In this document: positions 13,641 through 28,200 of the stretch, piece after piece
Numbering within the stretch: the stretch's first letter is position 1
Layout: each line of letters opens with the position of its first letter
Source: Lama guanicoe
Taxonomy: Eukaryota
Length of the DNA stretch: 64,000 nucleotides
NCBI GenBank assembly: GCA_013239625.1
Contig: MU053810.1
Coordinates: 186,001-250,000, forward strand
Direction: 5' to 3'
The notes under the pieces: model-generated
The model's input: only the letters and a program-made list of their open reading frames with translations
The model's database searches: none
What the model was told of the DNA's origin: nothing
Position numbers and translations under genes: made by a program

Positions 13641-15174
13641 GCCAGAGAAAGCAAGACTGAACTATGAAGCTCTGAGCCAGCAAATACCATGGCGCCCAGA
13701 TTTTGACCAACTACCAACAGTGCAGAATGAAGTCATAAATGATCTTCCTAACACTCCTGATGAAATTCCATTCTTCCTAATATAGAGTTCTAGAAGGTGT
13801 TTTTATAACCTGGCTATGGAAGAAGCCAGAAGCAGAGAATTTGCTCACTCTCATCAAGGATGAGAAAATGTATTTTGAGAAAAAGTATTGTGATCGGTCT
13901 CAAATTACTTATTGGGTGACTGCAAAGTGTCAGAAACTGAGGGAGGCAAGGAGACTCCCATGAGTTGTCAATGGTTTCTATCCCCATGTCCAAATGTGCA
14001 TGTGTCCACGCCTTCCAGACCCTGGTCCCTTGACTTTGATGATCCCGGCTGTGCCTGGCAAATTCACCCTCCTCCCAGGCTGACTCACCTGCACCTCTCC
14101 TGGCAAGTCCAGGCTCTCCATCACTGATGCTTCCCAAGCCTCCAGGGGATGGCTGAACACCTGCTACGCACACCAACCTGAAACCGTTTGGGTAAACATC
14201 TACACCTCATCCAACCATGATTCAAGGCCTACGGCATATGATCTCACAGAGCCTTGCCAAAGGTCTCTGTTGAATGAATTAATAAATTCCAGACGATAGA
14301 TGTGTAGCTCTTGGCTTCTGAGAACTACTCACAAGAATGGTTTGAAGTATGTCTTTGGGCTGCAATAAATTCTAAGGCTGAAAATACTAAAGGAAGATTA
14401 CACATTGCAACAGGCTCCTTGGCACAACCTGCCGAGAACCGCCAGCTTCCCAGGGACTTGAGAAGCCTTATACAGGAATCCTTATTGAATTTTGGGGGCC
14501 ATTCAAGAGAAACAAGTTTTTTATTTCCCCCTCCACTGTAGCATTTCATTCTCAAAAAAAAAAAAGGCTTGAATGTCTTCCATTTCCATGTCAAACCTCT
14601 GTTAAGACAATCAGGGCTTTGTGCCAGCCACTGGCTTGGGACAATGGATCAGTGTTTACTTCAGTTGAGATTGGAGAATCTGTCAGCAGTCACCTTATCT
14701 AAGACGTCAACGTTGGGTCTCACTGCTGTTCAACAATGGTTGGGTTAAAAGATTAGTAAGAATGCCTTGAAGGGACTTGTTAGAGGCCACGTTTCACATC
14801 ACTCATCATGTCTCTCCATGTCCAACAACAGGCATCCATTCTTCTGTGACATTAATGGGACAATGTCTTGAGATTGTCTCAATCTTCTTCTGGATATCAG
14901 TGAAGATGTGAAACCAGTAGGGGCAATCCCTAGGTGGTGGTCTGAAGCCCTTCTTGTCTCTCATTGAAACTCCAAGAGTTATTCCTCACTAGAAATTCTG
15001 GAGATGGACCAGGCTGGGTTTCTTACACCCTAATTGAAATTGTAAGCCTCAGGTCACCTAAAATCACATGTGGTTCCAACTGCAAATGGTTTGCTGTGGC
15101 ATCACTGTTATTGACCTGAGAAAGCATTTCTCCTTAGAGGTGACAACTGAATTTCAGAAGTATGTTCTTAAAGG

Positions 15175-15358
15175 TCTTGCTACTCACAGGGGAATCCTTG
15201 GAACAGCAGCATCAGCATCACCTGGGAGCTCAAGGAAATGCAAATTCATGCCTCTTCTCCCACCCAGATTTACTGAATGAAGGTGGGGCCCAGGAGTCTT
15301 TCCTTCAAGAAGATCTCCAGGTGATTCTGAATGTGTACTAAAACTTGAGGTCTGCTTT
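15175..15358. mobile_element. MER5A (hAT-Charlie MITE)
   Basis: cagcagcatcagcatcacctgggagct...aaatgcaaattc...ccaggtgattctga. Confidence 0.85.
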
Positions 15359-15859
15359 AAAGCACTCCCATGTAAATTTCTCAGCCATACTTCCCAGAGG
15401 ACTGGAATCAAAAGCCAGAAACAGGCAATTATTTTCAGGTTCCTACAACTGCTAACAGAGTGTTGTATACAGGTTTTGCCCTAGGATAACTGCAAAAGAG
15501 ACTCGCTAAGTAAAACCTGTTCACTGGGAGAGGAGTAAGATTCACAGGGGAGGCAGAAGTTCAGGGCTAGTGGTTGGTTCTTTCCAAGTCCCTAGTGTTT
15601 TCTAGTGAATGGTTCTGGGTAAGATCAATACAAAGTAGTTCTAACCCTAAAAAGAGAAGAGGATTATGGTTGAATCCTCTTGCTCATTTCAGCCTGCTTA
15701 CTCCTCCCTGTCTCACACTAGGTGATCACAGAAACATCAGGTGAATTCCTCACAGATTCTTTCAGATCCTTTCATCATTCTGATAATCCACACCATGAGC
15801 CCTTCAGTGGTGCATCTCTGAAACGAGCAAAACTCTCATCAGTTCTTAGGTTGAATCTT

Positions 15860-18172
15860 CAATGAGAAACTTTGGAGGAGACATTACAACTGATGCCACA
15901 GAAATAAAAATGATCATAAGAGACCAATATGAACAATTATACACTAACAAACTGAATACCATGGAAGAAATGGATAAACTCCTGGAAACATACAACCTAC
16001 TAAGACTGAATCTTGATGAAGTAGAAAATCTGAACAAATAACAAAGAGATGAAATCAGCAATCAAAAACCTCCCAACAAGGAAAAGCTCAGGACCAGACG
16101 GTTTCCCTAGTGAATTCTACCGAACATTTAAAGAGGAATTAATTCCAATCCTTCTCAAACTCTTCCAAAACATTGAAGAGAAGGAAACACTCCCAAACTC
16201 ATTTTATGAGGTTAGGATAGCACTGATACCAAAGCCAGAAAAGGACACCACAAGAAAAGAAAACTACAGGCAAATATCCCTGATGAACACAGATGCAAAA
16301 AGAAAAAAAAAGAAAAAGAAGAAAAAAAGACAACTCATCAAAATATTAGCAAACTGAATTCAACAGCACATTAAAGATCATATACCATGACCAAGTACAA
16401 CTGATCCCTGTGATGTGAAGGTGGTTCAGGATATGTACTGACTACTGTGATATACCACCTTAATAGAATGAAGGATGAAAATCAGATGACCATCTCAGTG
16501 CATGCAGGAAAATTATCTGACAAAATTCAACACCCTCAGCAAAGTAGGCACAGAAGGAATTTACCTCAATATAATAAAGATCACATATGATAAGCTCACA
16601 GCTCATATCATATTCAACGATTTAAAAAATGAGAGCTTTTATTCTAAATCAGGAAGAAGATAAGAGTGCCTACTCTTGCCACTGCTATTCAACATAGTAG
16701 TAGAAGTCCTAGCCAGAGCAATTACACAAGAAAAAATAAAATGCATTCAAATAGGAAGGGAAGAAGTAAAATTATATCTGCAGACGACATAATCTTATTT
16801 GTAAAAAACTCTAAAGCCTCCACCAAAAAACTGTTAGACCTAATAAATAAATTTAGTAAAGATGCAGGATGCAAAATCAACATACAAAATTCAGTTGCGT
16901 TTCTATACACTAAATAATGGATTATCCAAAAAGGAAATTAAGAAAACAATCCCATTTACAAATGCAAGAATAAAATACTTAGGAATAAATTTAACCAAGA
17001 GGGTAAAAGACTTGTACACTAAGAACTACAGAACAGTGATGAAAGAAGTTAAACACAAGTAAACAGAAACACATCCTTCCAATCTTCATAGATTGAAAGA
17101 CTTAATATATATTGTTAAAATGTCCACACCACCCAAAGCCATCTATGGATTCAATGCAACTCCCATCAAAATCTCAATGGCACTTTTTTTTATAGGAAGA
17201 GAGAAAGCAATCCTAAAATTCATATAAAACCTCTATAGACCCTAAATAACAAAAGCAATCTTGAGGAAAAACATAGCTAGCGACATCACATCTCCTGGTT
17301 TCAAAATATATTACAAAGCTACAGTAATTAAAACAGTATGGCACCGGCCTAAAGCTAGGCATATAGATCAGTGAAACAGAATCAACAGCCCCCAAATAAA
17401 CCAACATATATATGGCAACTGATCTTATACAAGGGTGCTGAGAATACACAATGGGGAAAGGATAGTTTCTCCAAAAAATGGAGTTTGGAAAGCTAGATAT
17501 CCACATGCAAAAGAATGAAATTAGACCCTTATTTTACATCTTACATACAAACCAACTCAAAATCAATTAAAGACTTAAACTTAAGACTTGAAACTATAAA
17601 AACTCCTAGAAGAAAACATAGGGGAAATTGCTCTGACACTGGTCTTGGCAATGATTTCTTGGATATAACACCAAAAGCACAGGCTACAAAAACAAAAATT
17701 GACAAGTGGGACTACAACAAACTCAAAAACATCTACAAGCAAAGGAAACAATCAACAGAATGAAAAGGCAGCATATAGAATACGAGAAAATATTTGCAAA
17801 CTGTTTACTTGATAAGGGGTTTTATATTCAAAATACATAAGGAATTCCTACAACTCAATAGCAAAAACATCAATAACCAGATTTTAAAAACAGCAAAGGA
17901 ATTGTATAGACATTTCTTCAAAGATATATGGATATCCAACAGGCACATGAAAAGGTGCTCAACATCACTCATCTTCAGGGAAGTGCAAATCAAAACCACA
18001 AGGAGGTATCACCTCACACCTGTTAGAATGGCTGTTATCAAACAGCTAGAACTTATTCAGCTGAAGATCTGCTGTACAACATTGTGCCTATAGTTAATGA
18101 TACTCTACTGTGCACTTAAAAATTTGTTGAGAGTGAATCTCATGTCAAGTGTTCTTAACACAATGAAAAAAC
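15860..18172 (+). mobile_element. L1MA-type element: degenerate ORF2 joined to 3' terminus across an internal deletion
   Basis: ORF2 peptides ([73 protein letters not shown]) broken by stops and frameshifts. At about 18045 the sequence jumps to the last ~130 bp of the 3' UTR. Confidence 0.92.
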
Positions 18173-20180
18173 AATCCCATAATCTGTTTCCTCTGTCTCT
18201 CTTTGATTAAAGAATCTATCCCATCAGGTTTTGGAGTTCTAGGTGGCTGGAAAAGAGTCCAATTTGAGGACTACGGGAAGAAAGCAGGCAAAATTAGCAG
18301 AGATACTGATGTCATACGAGCAATACAACCTCCACATTCTGCTTTGAGGGTTAACTCCCAACACATTTGGAACGGTTAGCGCCAGCCAGGAGACTCCAAA
18401 GGCATCATACATTCAGTAGGGAAAACTTAAAAGGAAGAAAAAGAAATGAGATGTGAGGCTTTTCAACTTTGAATGAAAAAATAATCAAAAAGAAAAACCA
18501 GTGAAGATGATAAGTCATGATGCACGTGGTAAAACCATCTTGAGGCTCTTGTATAACAACCCCTGACAGTTCAAGACCTATCACTTCAGCTTGAAACTAT
18601 GAACACCTGCTCATATTGTGACTTGAGGGCATTATTCAAGATTTACTCGAGTCATTTTTTTCAGGGCAAGTCAATTTACTTACCCAAGTGGAGATTTAAA
18701 AACCTGAGGGAGCCATCTGGTGGCTTGTGTGCCTTCTAATTAAAACCCTTCTCCTCGGCACAAGACTGCTGCCCTGTGGGTACCATCGTTGGAGCAAACG
18801 GCACAATACAAACAAGAGTTGACAAAAAGCATTCCGATGCTGTACAAAAGCCAAACAGCATACTTTAGATGTGACCAAACCAAGATTAAGAGTGGGTATG
18901 CTTAAGACTCATTCTGATACTATTTCCTCTACCTGCTCTGAAAAAGAAACCACATAATGGCTATGAATAATAAAAAGTTCTGTTTGAGCTCAATTTCAAG
19001 ATTGCATTTTTCACAAATAATTTCACAATTAATTCAGTAATTAAAAAACTAGAAATCAGTCCCCAAACCATACATCAATGCTGAAATGATGCACAGGTTT
19101 AATTAGCTTTACATCTTTCTCTGACTCTGTAAGAGGAGCAGTAGAGCAGGATGGGGAGACACAGTTCCTCTGCTCAAAAAAAGAAAAAACTCAAATCCTG
19201 AGCACAGTCCATAAAAATACTTTAGTATTTACTACTCTCTTTCATGTTTTATAAATTGTTCATGGTTTCAGGGCAGAGTCTATTTCTTCAAGCTCTGGAA
19301 AAATTTTTCTCTGTAATGCATTTTATTTTCCTGTCAAAAAAGAGTATGTATTATTCTCATTAGGAAGGAGGAAAGATGACTTCAAAATTTCAGATAACTG
19401 CCTTGAGTAAGAGACGGTTCTTCCGTAACAATGCACTTTATAAACTTTTCTTCTAAAGCTTCTATTACTTTGATTTGCCTGGCACCAAATAAGTTACTGG
19501 AAATGATTTGTTTTTTTCACATGAGGAAATCCCAGTTCCTTACACAATAGACTAATTACACAGGCAACCACGAAGAACAAGCAGTTAAGAGCTTCTTGTT
19601 ATTACCTTTGTAGTTCATTATTAAAGTATAGATTGGCTGTCAAAATGTACCAGAAAGTTGGCGTAAATGTTGAAAATCAAAATGTAATTTTTAGACTTAA
19701 AACCAATACAAAGACTGCTTTAAAAAAAGATGTCTCCTAATCTATAATTTAAACCAAATATAATATGAAACATAGACTATGAAATGTACATCGTCACTGG
19801 GCTATTTCTAAATTAACGGCATTCTTTTTTTGCTGTTGCTTAACATTTTTGCTTATTATTATGGTTGTCCCGGATAAACCGAACACTTTCTGAGGTTCAT
19901 AACTAGAAGTATGTATATTACTTATTTGTTAATTTAAAATACTTTAATTACATTAAGTGTATGTTCCACCTTTTATTGAATTGTTTTCTTTAAATTAGTT
20001 TAAACTCCAATTGTAATAGCCATACATGTTTATTTTCTGTGGATATTAAAGTGCAACCTGTTTCCATTTTTATTTTTAATTTATATTAATCTTTCTGTTG
20101 TATTCAAAAGAGAGTTCAGTCTTTAAAACTCAAATGATTCCTTGACATTTCAATCAGAAATTCATTATTTTAAATTTAAT

Positions 20181-20965
20181 GAGTCATTTTTGCTATATAT
20201 AACACTTGCTTTGAAAATATGAACTTGTTCCAACATGACTGATAGATCACATAATTTCCTATTTGCATATATGCAATCTTGTCTGTGAGGAACACTAGGT
20301 CGGTTCTAAATCAGGGCAATTTTGCCCCCGAGAAGACATCTGGCAATGTCCCGAGACACTTCTGCCATGACTAGGGTTGCTACTGGCATCTCGCAGGCAG
20401 AGGCTAAGGATGCTGACGATCCTACAATGAGCACAACAGCTCCCCCCAGCTCCTGCCACAACACAAAACTATCCAGTAGCAAATGTCAGTCAATATTCTG
20501 AAAAAGGTAAGCAACACGGCATTCAGCAAAAGAAGAACTGAGCTGAGTAGGAACATACAAAATGCACACATGCACATCCTACAAGCTACCTCAGATTTGC
20601 CCATGTGATAAGCCCCACCACCCACATCGCTCTTACAACTCTCCCCCTGACTACAGATCCTCCTCCTCCTCCTGCCTCCTCCCAGTGACTCACAAGCTCC
20701 AACTCTTCCTGCACCCACTTCCGCAAGCAAATTTCAGGTAGTTTTTAAGGTAACTGTTTATTTATTTCTTAGTTCTTTACCATGCATACAATTGTGCTAT
20801 TTTTATTAGGTTCCCATCTTTATAACATGTCACTGATGAACTTCTGGAGTGTTGTGTGTCTAACACTGTTTCTCCCATAAGCTCTGTGGTTTTTAACATG
20901 TGATTTGGCATCTCACAGTGAGTCTTAGAAACACATACGATGATATCATAGCACAACTGAATGCA
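20181..20965 (+). mobile_element. Tigger13a-like Tc1/mariner element, near full length
   Basis: Degenerate TIRs (gagtcatttttgctata...; atagcacaactgaatg) and internal motifs cccacttccgcaagcaaatttcagg and cccataagctctgtggttttta. Confidence 0.75.
20298..20505. mobile_element. MER20 nested in Tigger13a
   Basis: gggcaattttgccccc...tggcaatgtc...tgctactggcatct...aggatgctg...cctacaatg...aaatgtca. Confidence 0.85.
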
Positions 20966-21949
20966 TGTTTTTATTTCTGGGTTAAATATACTTACTCTCC
21001 TCTCCTCTTGGATTAAATTCCTTGCTTTTAAAATGTTCTCTGGTCTAAAGGGATTTGAAAATGACTTCAAAAATATGATTTGTAAGCATACATGAGGGTG
21101 AGAGACAGAGGTGTTCCCCTAGTTCTGCCACTACCTAAACTTGAAAATAGGTGCCCAGCACAGTGCCTGACATACAGTTGGCATTCATTATTTACTAAAT
21201 TTACCAGAATAAGTAAAATACCTTCTGTCCTGCCCCTCCAAGATCCAAGTATAATCTGATAGAGGGTATGAACATCCCTAACATTCCTACACTTAACTTT
21301 TAAAAATACACGACTTTCTCATGTAACATATGGTGACATGGCCTTTTGGATACACAAGTTAGATGTTCAGACAAATCATGTGAACGTGGCATTACAGCAA
21401 TGACTACTTGCCAGAAGTCAAGTTTGAGTTCAATCACTATGTTTGTCTACAGAAGGGTGTTTGCTCAATTGTTTGACTACTTTTGGCCTTTTTCTATTAT
21501 TATTTACAAAAATAAATGTTAAATGATAAAATGCAAATGAAGCAACTAGGGATAAAAATGAAGATCTAGTGGTCTTAATGGAGGGGAAATGACACAAAGA
21601 CGGGCCTCATTAAAGGCAGCAAAAGTGGCCAACTGTCTGCTTAGTGAACTCCAGCTGTCCACTGTTTGGATTTAGTTATGAAAGGAAAGAACAAAAAAAC
21701 CAAAGAAGTATATGCAATGCCAGAAATATCACATCGGAAACTGTGACTAAAGGCTTAGGGTGCTGAGGGATCTTACATATTTTTATATAACTATTTATAT
21801 AAATACTAACGTATTTTTAAACCTCCCTGGAATAGAAATATGTCAGTGTATTGGTCAAGTTTTGCACCTAAGGGCGTGTTTCGGGGAACACAAGTCTGTA
21901 AAGAAAGTGGAGAGCTATCTGTATCAATATTCTAAAGAAGAAACACACC

Positions 21950-22437
21950 TCTGAGGGTGAGTTGGGAGTCAGGCAGCAACAGAAATGCAGGGAAGAGGGT
22001 CAGACAGGCCATCCGGGACCACAACGTCCTGGCCCACTGGCCAGGACCACGGACCATGGCCGGTCTGCGCCTGCAGCTGAGGCCAAGAGTTCAGATCCTC
22101 TACCACAGCCTGATGGCGGCAGCCATTCGAACAAATCCCACTCCTGCCTCTTGCCCTGATTCTTTCCACCCAAGCAATCCTCTCGTGACAGTTTGCCTTT
22201 TGGGGTCTTTTTGCCTAACAGGAAAGAACAAGCTGCTGAGCAAACATGAGCTTCCTGGATAATTGTATATTTCATTATAAACGAATAAAGTGGTTTTCTC
22301 CCTCTGTTGATGAATGGGATTCTATTCAGTCCAGAAGATCTACTCTTGGTGTGCTGAGAAATAGCTATGGTCTAGATCTTGGGATTGTGGGGCATTAATT
22401 CATCCAGGTAAATGCCATTCCTTGGGGGCACTGACAT
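21950..22437 (+). mobile_element. LTR81-like ancient LTR
   Basis: aataaagtggttttctc...gaatgggattctattcagtccagaagatct...gggggcactgaca terminus. Confidence 0.55.
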
Positions 22438-24281
22438 GTGTGCGGCTGACCTCCCCTAGGTCTTCCCCAATCCTGATGAGCACATGCAGCTGAATGAATT
22501 TCAAGCGTGGGGATGGGGATGGTCCAGCCATCCTCTCTTCCATTCTCTCTACTCTGATTCCTTTGATCAATGGCCTATGGAAAGACTAATGTCTGATCTT
22601 CTTCATCATCAGTATTCTCTTAAGTCTAGACTAGCATTGATGTTTCTGCAGGAACAGGTGGGTGGGTGCACATGGGCCAGACATTTAGTTCTCCTGGAAA
22701 GCACAGACACCGAGCAGTGTGAGGACTGTGGTCAAGCAGAATGTCCCTCCCTGCCTCATATATTAACACAGTTTGCAGTGACATTCACTTTGTTTTATCA
22801 AAGCAAAGAATGCCTTGCACAGCACTGTTTTTTCATTAAAAGATCAGCCAGCAGTAGCATTAAGCAGCAAGTGCTCTGGGGGACAATTTGAGGGTCTCCA
22901 CACTCTGAAAAAGAAAAAAAAAAAGAAAATAACAAACTTTTGGAGTTTTGAGAACTCCAAAAGGCAGGAATGGAGGGAGTTTATCAGAACTCTTGCAAGG
23001 ATGCGATCTCATGCATATTTATCCACAAGCGATCCTGCTGGGCTCTTTGCTATGTATCTTGGAGGGACCACCTCTCCTTTCACTTTTTCTGTCTTCCTTG
23101 TAGAGCGAGGTTTGGATTTTGTGACCGTGTGTTTTCCTCCCTCAGCCCTGCAGGTGGCACTTGGGCTCCAGGGCACTCTGGCTGCCTGGCTATAAATAGA
23201 TCGTGTTTCCTCAGAAACAAGTACTTGCCACATCACCTTACATAACTAAAAGGGACAGTTTTCTATTTTGCTTTTAGCCAGAAACCAACTGTTCCTGGAA
23301 TCACAGGGCCATTAGGCTTTATTAAGCTGAAATTAATACAGAGAGGCAGAAAATTTAAAAAAGGAACAGGTTTCATGGTTGGGAGGGAGTTCTACCTGAC
23401 AGGTTTATGTGGGAGATGGGTTTTGATTTCAGGATGAATCAGGCAAGCAATACACACAAAACTGTGGTCTACCAAACAAAAATCCACATTATGGTCTCAG
23501 CAAGTTGATGGAAATTCCAACTGTGATGGATCAAATGCTAGTCAAACACAACAGGGATGTGTGTAACTGTCTGTGTGCTGGGTGTGCTTCCAGCCCTGGT
23601 GTACACGGCGGGGGGGGGGGGACGTCCCTGATAGGACACTGTTCACCTCGGGTTTCTCTGTTGTGCTAGGGATACGCTGTGGGACTGTTGTTTGCTTTAG
23701 TGCAACACAGCATCGCTCTTCACGGGATCTCCCTCTGCCTGGGTCCTGACTCCCAAAGCGTTGCGTTTTCTCTGGCAGAGGTTGGATGGTGTTCCAGGCA
23801 GCAGTAGGGGGGCTAGCCCGAGCATGCTGGCTCCATGAGTCCAGGCTCCAGCCCACAGCTCACAGGACCCAAAGCCTAAAGAAGCCCACATGCCGGGTCT
23901 TCCCAGTCATCATCCAGAGCGCTAGCAACTTTCACGCAAAAACCAAGAGCTGTCACACTGCATCAGAAGTCCTACTTTACTTCTCTGTCTCCACTAATCT
24001 GCAATTTTCACCTGGTATCCTCCACAGATAGGATGGCTCCTAGTCCATTACAGGTGCTCAATAAACACGTATGGAATGAATAGGGGTAGAGCCCAACTAC
24101 AGAAAGTTGTCAACAGATTGCCAAAAATACTCTGGTGAAGATGGCAGAAGACTCTTACTTATAAACCAACCACATCCTGTCTGGACCCACGTATTGTACC
24201 AATTTGCAGAGATATACCTTGGGTTCTAAATGGGGAAACTAAAGAAGAATTTGAGTGTCTTTGGGCCAGTTAGTTACAAGT

Positions 24282-24530
24282 GATAATAGATAATACTTCT
24301 TTGAAAAATTATGTGATAGGTACTGCTTTAAGCACTTACATAGCATCTTATGTAATCCTCACAATAATCTGTGAGATAAGTATTGTTATTACATTTAAAA
24401 GAGAGGAAACTGAGGCACAGAGACATTAAGTGATTTTCTCAAAGTCACACAGGAAGTTGCAGAGTCAGGGTACAAAAGCATTTAGTCTGACTTGATATCT
24501 GGTTCTCTGAATCATTACACTGTGCTGCCT
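24282..24530 (-). mobile_element. MIR, near full length
   Basis: taatcctcacaataat...gaggaaactgaggcacagaga...aagtcacacag core. Confidence 0.9.
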
Positions 24531-24759
24531 CCCTGTACCGAGGGAGTGTCTCTGATTCTCTTAATGGAAAGCCGTTAAGCAGCACCCACACTAATACTAG
24601 TAACTTCTTGCTGGGAGGTGGGGGATGGGCGAGGTAAGTCTTAGCAAATCTGGCCTTACTCTACTTTACCAGTAGCTGATCATCCACATTATTCATACAC
24701 TAGTTTAGAATTTCTGTTGTTCTTGGTATTTTCAAGTGCTTCCTGCCTATCCCATTCTC

Positions 24760-25204
24760 TAATTGGGATGAATTAGCTTATCTAATGAAATTATGATGGC
24801 CAGCTCTATTGGGACAGACAAAGCCCCCAGATGTACAACGGCTCCAAGGTGGGAGACATTCATTTCCTGTGCACAGTTTATGTGTTCACGATCACTGCTC
24901 TCTTCCCAGGGGTGACTCCTGGGCCCAGGAGCCTTCCTTCCAGTCATTTCATCTTCTCCAAGAGGAGGGGTGCGTATCTCCATCAATCCAGCAGCAGGAG
25001 AAACAGCACAAAGAATTTTGCACGGGAGGTTCTGACGGGCCGGTGCAGAAGGGGCACAGATCATTTCCACTCACTTTCCATTGGTCAGAACACACGCATG
25101 GGGCTGGATCTAACAGCGGGATTAACTGGAATATTCAACCTAGCACCACGCCCAAGAAGAAAAGGAAATGGGTTTGATGAATAGCTGGCCAGCTTCTGCC
25201 ATAC
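24760..25204 (-). mobile_element. MLT1J/K-like MaLR LTR
   Basis: atttccactcactttccattggtcagaac...gaaatgggtttgatgaatagct...ctgccataca. Confidence 0.6.
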
Positions 25205-28200
25205 AGGCTGATCTTAGAATTAACAGAAGATGCAATTGATAAAAGAATTTCAAAACCCCTACATTATTTCAGTATAGTATTTTTTTCCCTTCCTTTTTTT
25301 TTCCCCCAAAGGAGAGAACCATGACATTGGAACTTTCTGGCTCTTCATTTCATGCACGTAGATCACCCTCCCTCTCCAAACAGGATACGTGCAACCTATG
25401 AGGGGCTTATACAAAATAAAACAAAGCAAGAACTTGGAGCTTCTTGATTTTTAGTATTTTTTTTTCCACAAAAGGAGACCATGGCTGATCTCCATCCATT
25501 GCTTACAGGTTACGGCTGTGTCAGCAGGAGGATGCTGCTCCCAGCAGCTACTGACTTCTGCTCCTACGTTATCATTAGAAGGAACATAACCCTTATTTCA
25601 TATCATCCTCTGATGAGAACGTTAACAGTGTGACAGATGACACAGAGGCAAAAGTGCTGGCGGTGTCAGAAATCACAACAAGATGGACGTATTCTGTCGC
25701 AGTAGGGATGCTGGACTGGGCTCCTCCCATTTTTCCTCTCTTAAGCCCAGGCTTCCAGCATGTCTTAAGACTCTGGGGGACAAATTTGAAAACTACTGTT
25801 CAGAAGCCATACCAGCTGCTATAAAGAGCTATGGACAAACTGATTTAAAAAAAAAACTATGCTGTTATCCCCAGAGTATTTCCACTTCTACCTCTCTAAC
25901 TGTGTTCTTCCAATTAATAGCAATGACATGGCATTGAGGGGCCACCCTTTTTAAGGATAAATACTTGTTGAATGAAAAATGATGGATGGCTCTGTCTGTT
26001 CCTGTCAGCACATCACCTTTCTATGAAATGCTGGAGTCTTCTCAGGGCTTAGGCTCAGAGAAGCTCACAAGCCTGGGGACCAACCACCAGATGCCAATTC
26101 CTACATCTCTGCAAAAACTGGGTCTCTCACAACCTCTGCCAGGAATCCTGACTGACTGACTGACTAAATCAACTAATGAAATAAGTAAGATCCCAAACTA
26201 GCCCATACCTAAAACTGGAGATGAAGTGACTGGTAATATAAGGCAGCAAAGAAATCTTGACTGAGGCATTTCAATGATTTGTAAGCCTTTAAGATGAGTT
26301 AGCTACCTTAAAGGATTTATCTCTTAGAAGATACACACATTCTAATTCCAGAAGACAGAATGTCAGTGCACTAATCCGTTTCTTTTTTTTCCCCTTTCGG
26401 ATTATAAGAAGGAAAATAGTGCACTTATGATTTTTTTTTAATCTCCAGCCCTTTTCGTGGTGGCTGGTGGAGGTATTTGACAAACAGTTGTGGAAGGAAG
26501 AAGGACCAAGGAATGAATGAGCCTTGGTAAGGAGAGAGGGGAGAGAGGAGGCTGTTTTGTGGGATGATCTGAAATGCTCTTAAAGCCATGTCAGATTTTC
26601 ACAAGAAGATACAAAAGCAGGTGAGGAGATACCCCTTCACCCCGACCCATCGATAAAATGTAAGTGAACGCAAGTCCTGCAGACGATGGCTCCCTAGCCC
26701 TGGTTTGCCAGCGGAAGTCCTTGATTAAGAACCCAGAGATGGGGACTGAAATTTGTCTTCTTTGCTAAGTAGCTAAAGAGTTGTAGGCCTTGATAGTTCA
26801 CAGCTCTTCTGGGCCTCCTTTTCAACATTTTACAATGAGAATATTACCTCCTGGTCTTTCTCGCAGAGAGCGGTGGAGAGTCAGGGCCGGGGAGAGGCTG
26901 TGAACAGGTTACGGGATACAAGAAGCGTAGACAAACTGGGGAAATAAAAGGACCCTACAGATGCCAGGTATTGCTGGTGTAAACTAAACATTTAGAAGAC
27001 ATTGCCTAATACGTTTTCATTTTCAGTTTTCAAAATGCACTATTATCTTGGGTGTCCTGAGTTTTACTAAACTGAGCAATTCAGGGTGTCTGCTTTTGCA
27101 TTTGGAATAATACCTCAAAAAGCCAACCTAAACCGCTGGCGTCCCTGGAACAGGGGCTGATGGTTTCCCGGACGGGGAAACAAAGGCACACGTCCCTGAG
27201 ACCGTGCGGCCAGCCTCACAAAGGGTCAAGTGGACAGAGCCAGAAACGAATGCCAGTCCCAGCCACCGAGTGGGCAGTGCCCATCGATCAGATGGCATCT
27301 TCCCCCACTGGGTCAGAGAAATCGGTGTATCCAAATGGTTAATTAAAGAACAGACTCAAAAAAGACCATGGTGTCAACCAGCTCCTACCACACGTGTGCG
27401 TCAGTCAGAGGTCCTTCCCTTAATTCTTCTCCACAGACCATCAGTGCTTTCATTTTATCTCTTGGAGGGTCCCTGAGGAGTCTCTACCTAAGTATGACAA
27501 ACTTAAAAGCAAAAACAAACTTTAAAAAAAATGTAGATATGGGCAACAGTACTTACAGCCAGAAATTCTGGGCATCTAGTCTACTTTCTTGTATCCCTTT
27601 TCTACTGACTCCCTATCAGAAATGAGCTTTCCTTCAAACTGTCCCAACTGCTGAATAAGCCTAAAGTCTACCAGCTACTAAAACAATTAGAAATTAGATT
27701 AAATTAAACAAAGTGGCAAGACTCCACAGAAATATTTTCAAACTGATTGAAATCGTAAATTCTTCTAATGTCCTCCCAAGGTGTTGGGTACGCAGATATT
27801 TGCATGGATGCTTCTACAGGGAGGCAACAGGATTCTTCAATCCTGCAGCTACTGAAAAAATTGCTTGCTGTTTCTGAGTCAGCAAACTCTTAGCTGTAGG
27901 TTCCAAGCCTCTAGTCTAGATATTTTAAGATTTAAGAATGCAGTCAAGTCTTTATATTCCTCATATTGTCACTTTCCCTCCACCAACTCCGAATTGCATT
28001 GCAAAGTTTTCTTTTCAATTTGTCTGTTTGTTTCCACAATGCCCAAGGGGTAGGGACAGCTGGTCCTTCCCAGTCCATAGCTCCCTATTTTAAGAAAAAA
28101 CAAACAAACAAGCAAAACCCCTCCAACAATGGCCTTAAAACTCGCCCCACATTTTCTCAGCCAAGAATTTTCTCAGCTACAATGTATTCCTTCTTTACAA

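Noticed and set aside
15860..18172. Active L1 or functional reverse transcriptase
   Set aside because: 5'-truncated, with many stops and frameshifts and an internal deletion.
18684..18937. Minus-strand cassette exon (tttctttttcAG ... G|GTAAGT)
   Set aside because: Early stop in the CAMK1D phase, no kinase similarity and no other support.
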